Shown here one piece after another: positions 1 through 11,700 of a stretch of DNA of 64,000 nucleotides. Position numbers and translations under genes: made by a program. The notes under the pieces were generated by a model that saw only the letters and a list, made by a program, of their open reading frames with translations, did no database searches and had not been told where the DNA came from. Source of the DNA: Lingula anatina (lineage: Eukaryota; Animalia; Brachiopoda); assembly GCA_051362555.1 (NCBI GenBank), contig CM120646.1, positions 10,602,001-10,666,000 of the forward strand, read 5' to 3'. Positions within the stretch are counted from its first letter, which is position 1; the number at the start of each line of letters is the position of its first letter.

Positions 1-14
1 GAGGTGCACATGCG

Positions 15-59
15 TGTGACGTCACATCACTTCCTGGGACTGGAGATCTGCTGAATCAC
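15..59 (+). promoter_or_regulatory. Proximal promoter of the CNC gene: palindromic CRE, ETS site and ARE
   Basis: TGTGACGTCACA 12-bp palindrome (15-26), ACTTCCTG ETS core (29-36) and TGCTGAATCAC (49-59; reverse GTGATTCAGCA fits RTGAYnnnGCA), clustered about 500 nt upstream of ATG 540. Confidence 0.55.
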
Positions 60-539
60 TCTTTTTGTTTGTTTTGAAAAAAATCAAGAAAAAAGGACAC
101 AGTTACATCTGATCAATAGTGTTTAAGTCTTATTATACAATCATTTGCTACGGTTGGTTATATCAGCGTAATTTTTGGACTGACAGCCCACGAGACGATT
201 GAAAGAGAGAGAGGGTCTCATTCTCGTCTGCAAGACTTGGCTCCGAAAACGTGATGACTAGTAACATAGAACAATGAAGAATGTTCTAATAATCGCCTCC
301 GCCTTTAAGGGTTTGTTTTGATCGGAAGGCATTCATTTACAGTTGATTATTACATACGAATAAGTCGAAATGGAGTAAGGTTGACAATGAGATTTTCCTT
401 TGTTTGAGTGTTGCCTTTGTCTCTAAGGGACAGGACGGACCTTCTTCCTTTGTTTACATTTTTGAGGTGGAACATTCCCAGGCTAAGTGGACCTAGCATT
501 TTTGTATAAACATACAGACTTGACAATAACATCATCAAT

Positions 540-1131
540 ATGTTGAAAAAAGTGTTTACAGACAGTTTGGTGCAGATAGCTATATTGCTCAGTTTATTGA
601 GGATTGATTTGGATAGTTACCTGAACTCGGACTATGGTAATTATCCTGAAGTCCAGGAAATCATTCTTGGGAATAGCCTGGCATATACACAAACTCAGTT
701 TCACAACATACCTTGGCAGCAAGGATATACAGTGGGACAATTCCACCCTAAAGGTTTATCAAATGATAATGATAATTTATTAAATTCTATTCTCAGTGAT
801 CTCTATTCAGGCAATGACATTTATAATACATATAACACAATAATATCCGCTTACTTGGTTGATGTACAGCAGCCAAATTTAGGAGAAGAACAATCTCTGC
901 AAAATGTTCCACAACAGGGTAGTGCACAAGGGTTACAAATTAATGGTTCAAATACACAAAATCAGACATCCCCTAACATTGATATTATCGAAACAGCACA
1001 AGCAACAACACATGGAGAACTTCAGGAGGGAGGTGCTGTGCAGTTAGACCTAGTAGGAACAACAGGAGATGAACTTTCCAAAGAGGTACAGATATCTGGC
1101 ATATGTAATAAAATTTAAAAAATGGTGCAGG

Positions 1132-1164
<33 letters not shown>

Positions 1165-4100
1165 AAAAAGTATTACTTTTGTTTTATTTTCTGTTTTGCT
1201 TTCATTTTCCTTTTAGTACCTGTGAAGAATTACATTCTTTTTTTTCAGGAAAAGCATTTTCCAACAGGGTGCTCTTAGATTATTTAAGATGGTGTGTAGA
1301 TTCATCCTTCAAGTAATTGGCAAAAGCACAAAGTATGAGCTTTTTTGATATCTTTCCTGGCAAGCCTAGTGTAAACACTGTATTGTCAAGTAAATCAGTG
1401 TCTGATATTAAGTATTAAATCCAGAATTCATCTGCTTGTTTACGATACATAGGTGCCTTATACCAGTGGGCAAAGTATTTCAATGTAAAGTAGGTCTGCA
1501 GCATACTTTGTTTTCACTGATAATTCAAATTCAGAAGTGCACAATTTCATTCTTCTAATTATGCAGTTTAAGTTTTAATTCTGCTATAATCTGCAGGGTT
1601 CCAAGCATTTGCATAAGCTGTCAAGTCCTCATTAGAAAATTATCCACCTTTTCTACAATGAATAATGCCACAATTCACTTCAGTATTTTGTCAAGATCTT
1701 GTAGGCGTCAGGGTTACAAATTGCATCAAATGCAAAATGTTGTATTTCAAATTCTAAGCAACAGTTTGCAACTGAAATTTAGTATGTTAATTCTTTACTA
1801 GTATATGATATTATATCTATGTGCAAAATTTGAGAGCTTAAGCTGCCATTGGTTGTCTGCTAGCCCATACAAATTTGAAAATACAAGTAGGCTCCTTTTT
1901 GTCGATATCTTAAAGGGTGATTCTAAGTAAATTATTGGATCAAAACATAATGAATATCTGTAAGTAAAACACTTTGATTTAGCATAATAATTTGAGAACA
2001 TAAAACCAACTTGGTTACTGTAGAGTTCAACAGTTGTTTCACAGTGTTTTTAATATTATCTTTAAAAAAAACAACTAAATGCCAAAAATAATTGACCATT
2101 TTTGATTTCTGCTGAGAAGCCCTACCTTGGGAAATCCCTGATATGTCATATGTTATTTTTAGATCCTGATTCAGAGGTTTGCCTTTCTGTCTGTATGGTG
2201 CTGCCCTCTGAAATTGTTGTGTGGACCTTTTGTTGTTTGATGGATGTTCAAGCTATGCAACCACTGACTTAAAAAAGATTACATCATTCTTCTGAAGCTT
2301 TGAATTAACATGGAATAAAGAATAATTATAATCCTGAAATAACCTTTTAGCAGGAATAGGAAGATACTAATAATACTGTCCTTCATGGTGAATTTATTGG
2401 GTACACTTTTGTCTGACCCTTTACTTTTAACTTAGGAAAAATCAACATATGCACTTTATTATTATTATTATAAATTTACTAAAAGCAGGAGAATATAGTG
2501 CGAACATTGCTAACTGTTCATGAAATAAATTAATAGTAAGTTGTGGTGAGTTGTCACACAAACATCAGTCTGAACCAGGTGTCGAGGTCCTTCGAATTCA
2601 TAGCTCAGTATGATAAACTATCACCTTTTGTTAATGTGAAGGGTTAATTTGACATCAGTTGCACAACCTTGTGTTCTTTGCACTTGGTATAACCCACCAT
2701 TGGTTGTCATGTGATCTTAACGCAAGGACGTTTATCCTTGTATCTCTTACATTAGATAAGGGCAGTGTTTCTTTAAAAAGAAATAGAGGCTAAGGGACCA
2801 TTCCCACAGATATTTGGATCGATCTATCTCCCCAAGGAGTCTCACTAAATTGCTATCATCTTAACTGGCTTAAATGTCTGTCACACCTAGCGAAGCTATT
2901 ATGGGGTAATTCTCTTTACATCCTAGCTGATTCCGTAGGCCTGACAGACATTTAAGATGGTAAGTTGATAGCAATTTAGTGAGACTCCCCAGGGAGTTAG
3001 ACCGATCCAGATGGATCGATCTAGGTATGGGAACCCAGTCTTAGTTTTACACAAAGAAAAACTGGTGACATGGGGCTTATTATTTCTCAGCTCACAGTAA
3101 TATTGAACTTACAGTAATATGATGCTCATACACTAGCAACTGATACTACTTTGCTTTGTTAGAAGCAGAAGCTTCAAATAGTCACTTTTTCACATTTGAT
3201 TTGAATTTAATGCTGTTAGGGAAAATACTAGATCTAGACTCAGAATAGAAATTATTGTACTGGCAAGATTGATCAGAATCAGTGGGGATTCTCCCTAGGC
3301 ACAGTCATTGTAATCAGTTTTATTATCTGACACACCCCTCACAAAGCAAGATAAACTACATCATGGACCACAAACTTTTCCAGACTTTATCCAAGTCTTT
3401 TAAGTTACAAGGGGGTATGCTAGATAATTAAGCTCACTAAGCTGATTACATTGACTGTGTCTTATTGAGAATCCCTGTTGAGATATATCAATCCTGCTAG
3501 TACCATAACATCTCTTTTCTGAACACAGCCTAAATGCATTCATACAGTATGGTCTACTATGGATAGGAAGCAGTGCTGATTATTGTGTTTGTTGTCTTTC
3601 ATCTGATTGTGTTAGAGAGCACGTAGTGCTCCCAGATTTTAAATTTTCTTCAATCTCAACTCTTCCAGCACAACAATGTTACCACACAGGATGAGGGTGA
3701 CTGTTTAGAAAAGTTATATGTTAACTTATTTGTCTCTTTACGTGTTTCATTATTATAGAAATTTAATTGTCGTTTAAAGAAGTGTCATTTCCTGCAAGGA
3801 ATCGTGATGATGTCCCTGCTGGTAAATAGCGTTTTCAAAACTGATCACAATGCAGAATATGAATCATTTACTTCCACTTGATTTCCCAATGTGACTACTA
3901 TTCAATACAATTTTAACCATGACGTACTACCCTTTATGTGTAGTGAAATCATATTGTTATTTTAACAGTTTACATGATTTAATGTAAATGTTTATTTGGA
4001 AGTGAATCAGGTTTTGTGGGCACAAAATCAACATTTCCCTTTGGAAAGGAACTGGAATTACTTTTTTTAGAAAATTGAATTTGGGTCAGTGAATTTTCAT

Positions 4101-7100
4101 GCCAGTTGATACCCAGGTTGGGTGGCCCAGATGACCTCTTAGTTAAAAAGTATTTGGCATAGACAAATAAAATAATGATATACTGTGCCCATTGCAAAAT
4201 TAAATTTTATATGTTCACATTAGTTGATAAAAGTACAAATCAATATAATTAATGGATACAGCATAATCCATATGATCATTTGTTTTCATTTGGAAGATGA
4301 CAAAAGTGTATGCACTGCCAACTAATAAGAAGAAGCTGCAATTATATACTCAGTACACTGTATATGTATATTAAATAGTATTTGAAAGCATTCAATCGTA
4401 GCTGACAATTGTTGCAATTTGTCTAAGGTGACTAAAAAGTTGTAGCTGCTTTCAGCTTCGCTGTATAAGTCAGTTATGTAAAGAAAAAAATGTGTGTCAC
4501 ATAGTACTTGGCTCAAGACGTCATACTTGCTGTCCAAGATCAGGTAGCTGATTATTTGCACCTGGTATTTGACACCCCTCCCCTTTTCAGCAATTCCACA
4601 TATTCAGTATGTGTATCAGGTGTTATTTGATATCACTTTTAAGTTATTTACAATGTACATGGTTATAAGCCATATGCTCTGTTGAACTTTTGTATAAGAT
4701 ACGAAAGAAACAAATTTATTAATGAACAGAATTAAGTTTTGATTAAGCCAATGTTTATGAAATTGAACATTTGTAGTAGTGTGGTTGTGTCAGGACTCAG
4801 GAGGCAGCACCTGCTAGCATCATAAATAACTGTATTGAGCTGGACAAAACTAGACAACAGAGCACCTAGAATCTTCACATTTAGTTAGGCACCAAAGGTT
4901 GGCTTCATAAATTTATTAAAGCACCAAAGGGGTCTTTGGAGGCTTTAAGACCCCAAACCCCTTCAGGTCAAGATATATACTTTTGGTAGTCTGTAAATAG
5001 GTCTGAAGCATAAGCCTTGCCTCTCATGTTAGTTAGACCACCATCAATTTAAATTTGAGTGTAAAAGACTATTTTGGGGCAACAGGTCCAACTTGAAACA
5101 ATTCAGTATCTAGTTTTTGTTTCTGTAAACGGTTCTTGATAAATGATCATGTGGATTCTGATATCATATCTGCAAACATATGCTACCAGCTGTCATGTGT
5201 AATCCAAATGATAAAATTCAATTGTCCCTTTACTGTTCATGAACTTCATTGGGTGGCTGTTTGGAGATAATCGGTCAATAGGAGCATTATGCCCAATGTT
5301 CTGCCTTTAGACATCAAGGGTACATGATAAAATGGACATTGATAATATCTATAATTTCAGAATATAATTTCATGGTTTATTGGTCTGCCTTCTCTATATT
5401 TACACACCGAAAGCATAACTCACTGATTATTGAAACTGGGAGAAGGTGGTTTTATAGTGATTAACTAACCCCTGTAACAGGAAGGTGCGTGTGGTTAGTG
5501 TGAGTCAGATGTCTTAGTCCAGGGGATTTGAAGAATTGGTCAGTGTTCTTTTTCCATATTGGGAAGTAAAAGGATCCTGAACCAGGAACACATTGGTAGT
5601 GGTACATGTGCCCTCTCAAGACTTATGTGATATTCAACCCTTAGTTCGTGATAAAGATTGCTGTGGAAAATTGAATGTGTATAGGGTCTATTGATGCTGG
5701 AGGACTGGGTCATTTAACTGTGTCAACATCTCATGTGATCTAACTTAAAAGCTGCTGACAAGAGATAATGGGACATTCCTTATACTACCTGGGATATAAG
5801 ACACATTAAGGCGGACAGTTTTTGGTGCTTATGGCCATAACACTGCTGCATGACTTACCACAGCCACACTTGACCAACTTTCCTATGCAAATTTAAGTGG
5901 GAAGTTGTTGAAACAGGATTTTGGAAGTTTATACTGTAGGAAGGTTTTAATTATTGCCATGCTGGCACTCTTATTTTTAAAGGAGGCACTTACAAGAGAT
6001 TTGTTTTGTTTTTGTTTGTTATGAGTCAAGAACATAGAACTCAGAAGAGGACTGGACTGAAAACTGAAGTTTTCATTTGGTTTTGAAAATTCCAAGTCTG
6101 TTCAGTTAAAGTTAAAAAAAGTTTTTTTCACAATGTATGACTGTATCTTTGATCCTCGCTACCCTGAAAACATTGACCAGTTTGGGTATGTCAGCAGTCT
6201 TTACAGCCAGACGTCTATGAGAAAGAAAACAACCAGTTATACTGAAGAATACAAAAAAGATATTGGTTTTAAACTTCAGGTTTGTCTTTTTATTGATGTT
6301 ATGGTTTAAAGATATGTGGGGCTTTTGGATCTCAACAATTGTTACTTGCTTATTTTGACCTGACTTTGGTTGAGGCAAGTCAGTGAACGTGTGTATAAGG
6401 AAAAATGATAAGGAAATGTTTAAACTGGATCTCACAATGCCATTTGCCAGAAACTGAGTTATTAAAAAATTATGAATTATACAATGTCTACATTTACATT
6501 GCTACATGGGTAATGTGTGTATTCATGCCTGTGCATGTAATTTATACAGTCGTGACCTGTCCATATCTCTCAGGATTTCTGCATTGTTTTTATTTGTCAG
6601 TTTCTTGGAACCATGTTGGTAAGGAAAACCACAAGATGTTGTAACAAAATTTAATTTGCATTATCTCTGATATTTGTCAGGATATATTTTTTTCCATTTT
6701 ATTTATTTTTTTTCATTTTTTGTGTGATTTCAGGATATGGATCTCATAGACATACTGTGGCGGCAGGACCTGGACATGGGAGTTGCCAGAGAGATGTTTG
6801 ATCCTAACCAGAGACTGGAACTAGAGAAAGAAAGGGAAGTGGAACTACAGAAGCAGCAGCAAAAGGTACTGCAGTGCGTCTGAGGTGTTTGGCCAATTGA
6901 TTTGCTCATACTTTTTTTAGCAGTTGTAAGATTTTTTGTATCAGTGGCTTTTTGTTACCTGACATTACATATATTGTCAAAAAAATTGGGAAGATAACTT
7001 AAGTAAAAGGATAAAAAGTAAAAAGGGATTTTCTAAATGTCAGATAGAAAGTTTATTCAGTGCAAAGGAAATTAAGAAAAAACGTAAGTCAGTGAAAAGT

Positions 7101-8480
7101 TATGGTGCATTAAATTGAAAATTTATGTTATGAGCCAGAGTAAATGGAAATGAATTATAGAATTTAAAAAAAAAAAGAAACAGGACATCCTGTCTCTGAA
7201 GGCTTTTAAAACCGCCTGTAATTATCTTTCAAGATATATGGTTCTGTTTGTATCCTGTTAAGCATAAAAAAGATTATCCGTGGCATTGTTTATTTTCAAT
7301 ATTTTGTATCTGCTAGTGATCAAAATGCAAATGGTTTGCTTGTTATTATTGTGTTATAACATAGAATCAGCACACTCACAAATTAGATACTGGATAAACT
7401 GTATGGATCTGATCTTGCAATCACTTTGAAATATTTCACTATGACACAGTAATGATGTATTGTTTAGGAACGAGAACTAGATGAGGAGACAGTGAAGCAA
7501 GAAAAAGAGGAGAAAGACGCATGGGAAGATCTCACAAATTATATCATTGATGGAGAAACAGGTAAAGAAAAGGGGATTTATTTCAGTGTATTCTTTTGTG
7601 TAAGTAGAAATATTCAGGATTGCACAGAAGGATTGAACTGTAAAGCAAAAGCTACAGTATTATCCACAGCATCTTGTCACTTTGTGTTACACTGAGTAAA
7701 ATAAGTAAATGCACCATTTTATGTATGGAATAAGATAATTGGGTTCAATATGTAATGCTTACCTAATTGGGGTGTTTTTTCATCACCTAGGGGAGTTATT
7801 GCCTCTGCCCCCTGCAGAGCAGACTGAAAGTCCTGGACCTAGCACCACAGAAACACAGACCAATGAAAACACCACTGAGACTGTAAGCAGATACACTTTT
7901 ATGTATTCTTGTTATTGCAAATGAACAAGTGCTACTCAAAATTCCTTGTAATCATTTTTATGTCATATATTTGACAAAAAAATGTTAGCTAAGTAATGAA
8001 ACAGTATAGTTCTTTTTAATTACATATGTTGAATTGCTTTTGTCTGTAGCCTCTCTTCCTGGAGGATGCCATGAGTTTGCTTCAGAATGATGGGACTAAT
8101 AACTTGTCCATGAACAGCTGGATGGAAAACAGTACCATTCAAGATGAACTGGAAAAAGTCATTTTAGAAAAACAACCGGTATGTTTTAAAAATGATAGCT
8201 CGAACACAACAGTATTATTTCATGCATGTTTTAAAACACTGAAATGAAATTGTTTTAGAGGGGGAAAAGAATGCTGTTATCCCGTTTTTTCATGGAATTT
8301 TTTATTTCCTTGTTTCCATGTATTGAGACTTTTTTTTAGCATTGGAAAAGTTTGTCATTTGTTTATATAGATTGCTTGATGTATATAACTTTCTGCGAAA
8401 CTATGCTTTTATGCATATATCTTAAAAATCCCTGGTGACAAACTCTGTGGCCTTCATGTTGTTTAGTAGTGATTATATAT

Positions 8481-8530
<50 letters not shown>

Positions 8531-8635
8531 TCCTGGTGTAGGGAAGATTAATTTTGTGGAATGGTAAGAGCCACTTTTTAACTTGGTCTTCTGATGCATT
8601 CTGCCCCATCCCCAACACACACCCACACACATACA

Positions 8636-8720
<85 letters not shown>

Positions 8721-11700
8721 GGGGGGGAAAGAGAGAGAGAAAAAGAGAAACACAGCAAATGTTAAAAATAAAGTGACCAAACTTGGACATACTGGTCATA
8801 GATTGACTGAACAATGAGTAATGACCATGGGATGCTTACTTCTCACATGTGTTCTTAACCAGGTGTTAGCTATGAGGAAGTAGTTAAAACAATGTCAGGA
8901 TAGATCACAATCAGCACCGAAGTTGGTTACTCACTGTGTTGGTGCCTGGATGAAACAGAAGGGTGAATGTAGATGTGTTGACTTCTTTTTATGGAGTGAA
9001 GATTTAAATTTCAGATAACAGATTTCTTGATTTTAAGTTAGTTACTCACATAAGTCTCAAAGAAATTAAAATACTGTATTTCGCAACTGTTCTTAATCTG
9101 AATATGAAATCAAACAGAATTGAAAAGTTTATTATGAAAAGACCGTTAAAGTTTTTTTCAAAAGTAAAAACCTGGCAGTTGTAAAAGAATACCTTACCTG
9201 GTATGTATAAGCAGCAGTTGACTTTCTGTCGGCACCACCTGTCTCTCTCACCTGTTTGCAGTTGTAGTTACTAAACATGTGACTATTCATACATTTTCCA
9301 TCTGTGTAAGATAGATAAAAAAAATCAAGAAAAAAAGCACTGCAATTCACTTGCAACAGATTTTATTCAATATCTTTTCAACAAAACTGCCAGCCATTGT
9401 TTATCCTCGTTTGTGCTTCATTTATCATTTATAATTTGTTGCACTCATATTCAGATTGCATACTGACACTGTAGATATTTCACTTTGTCCAGTTAAATGT
9501 AAATCAGGAAGTTAATGGATTTTAAATCTGGGAGTCAGCTTTGACTGGCCAGACTGACCAATACATATTGTTGATCAATTGTGATAAGTAAAATGTACAG
9601 TAAGCATAGCATTCCTGTACCATCTCTTATACCTAGCTTACTACTTCTGTTTTCTGTCCAGAACCTCTCGGCCCTTGGGGACACCAATGTCAGTTACAGT
9701 CGCCAGAACAGTCTGGAGATGCGCTGGCGTGATGTGGCAAGTCTGTTGGAGTTGCCTGGACTGGCAGCAGAGGAAAATGTCACCCAGAACTACAGTACCA
9801 CACCCACCACCAGTGGTCTCATCCAGAATACTACTTTCGCTCCTCAGATGAGCCCAGCACAGGCTGTGCCCTCTATTGGTAAGTACATATTTTGCAACAT
9901 GCACTTTTATATATGTACAATACTTATTTGTGCTTCTAATATGTTTGTGAGGTAGGTTATCAGAGCATTGATATTTTCAATCATATATGTTATGTCGACA
10001 CCACCCTTCAGAAATCTTATCAATTGATATTAGTTTATAACTTTTTCATGATGAATGATTTCAGATCTCACAACATCAACCAACCACAGTTTTGTCAATG
10101 AGAGTTTGACCCAGAATCCTGCTAACACCACCTTTGGTCTGGAGAACAGTGACCTACTGTTTCCCAACATAAGTGCCACTGTGCCTATCACCATGAACAC
10201 TTCCAGCGACTTCTTGGATGACCTGTTGGAAGACGAGCTCTCTGATATGGAGATTGAGAACACTGCAGGTGAGTGGTATAGATGTGCTTAATCCCCTCAG
10301 ATTGTGTCCCTAATTTTGAAAGGCCAGTTGTCTTTTTTAGTTCACTGACATGGCTCTATAAAGTGGACATTCTATAGAATCTAACTAAATATATACCAAT
10401 TAATCAGTGTAGAAATTATATGCCTGGACTTACAGGTGGCTATTAAGAATCATCTGAGATATAGCAGTTGAAATATATGATTCTACAAGTTTATAATTCT
10501 ATATACAGTAGGTCTGTGTTTTTGTCTTTCTGTATTCAAAAACAAAACAAGGTGTTTGACTGTATATGATCTTTCTTTCATAAGTTATACATGCATCCTG
10601 TACATTTGATCAAAAGAAAAATGTTGTAAAGCAAAAACACTGAGTGAATTGATTTCAATGGTTCTGAGGCAGGGTGTGTAAAGAAAAAGGTCCGGTAGGG
10701 ATTTGAATAGGATAGCTATAAACATAGTTCTTTTATTGTACTCAACTGAAAATTGGACATCAATTTGAAAAGTGTCACATTTCTCTTTACAAAACCTGTA
10801 AAGATTACAGGATAAACCCACCTGTAAGAGTAAATGTCCCTGTTTTTACTCCAGAAGTCATTGTAATTGAAGAAAAAAAAGGGGGACCCCAGACTTACAT
10901 AATGCATACCAATAAGTATGCTGAAGCAAATATATTTTTTTACTTGTTTAAGAGCAACTTATCATGATATATGTAAAAAATATGTAGACTGCCTGCAGCA
11001 AAAATGAAACCAAGGTTTATGCCCTTTAATTGCATGCGGAAGGAAGGAAAACTTGTCAATTTTTGCATAAACAACTCTCAGGTAACATTATTTGTGGGCT
11101 TTTACATGCTTGGGAGTTTCAGAATTTTAGTTTCTGACTTGAATTTTGATTTAAGCACTGAAGATTTATATATCTTTATATTACTCTGCCAAAACAAGTT
11201 TGTTCTCCTGAAGATCTGATTAAAAAACTTAAACATGGCAATAATTAAACATTAAACCTCAGATAGACAGATTTGTTTCATAAAGCAATAAATAAGATAC
11301 AATAGTCATTTGAAATGTCAAGTTTAATGTGAATTGTGGCATTAAGGCTAAGCACAAGCATTGGGCAAGGCAGAACATTCAACAATACATTAAATTTTCT
11401 TATTTATATTTTTTTATCTTTTCCTTAAATTTTTTTTCTGTCATTTTAAAAGATATTTGGGATGAATCACATTGCTAAGATTGATAAACTTCCTGAACAG
11501 GCCATACTAAAAATAAGCAGACAAGACCTAAATTTGGCAAGAGCATCCGTTAAGCTCTGGCTAGGATGTAGATAGGAAAGCAAGTGACTCGGATATATGA
11601 TGGAGTTATGGTAAAGGCAAGGTGCTTTAGAAATTACAAAATTGTGTGGGGGTTAATTTCAGCAGAACAAAGGAGCATGTGGGCGATCATTGAATGGCAA

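Noticed and set aside
1086-1118. C-terminal tail [10 protein letters not shown] of ORF 540-1118 as a stand-alone 192-aa protein
   Set aside because: Read-through into intron 1. The donor GAG|GTACAG at 1085 joins in frame to the conserved [11 protein letters not shown] exon.
3805-3881. C/D snoRNA candidate in CNC intron 1
   Set aside because: CTGA lies only about 36 nt from the C box, with no terminal stem and no recognisable rRNA guide.
8363-8817. Several ORFs with SLSL, RERE or HTHT repeats
   Set aside because: Translations of dinucleotide microsatellites.
11004-11081. ORF start with donor CAG|GTAACA as another alternative first exon
   Set aside because: Phase 0 does not fit exon 8, there are no supporting promoter motifs, and the length is within chance expectation.
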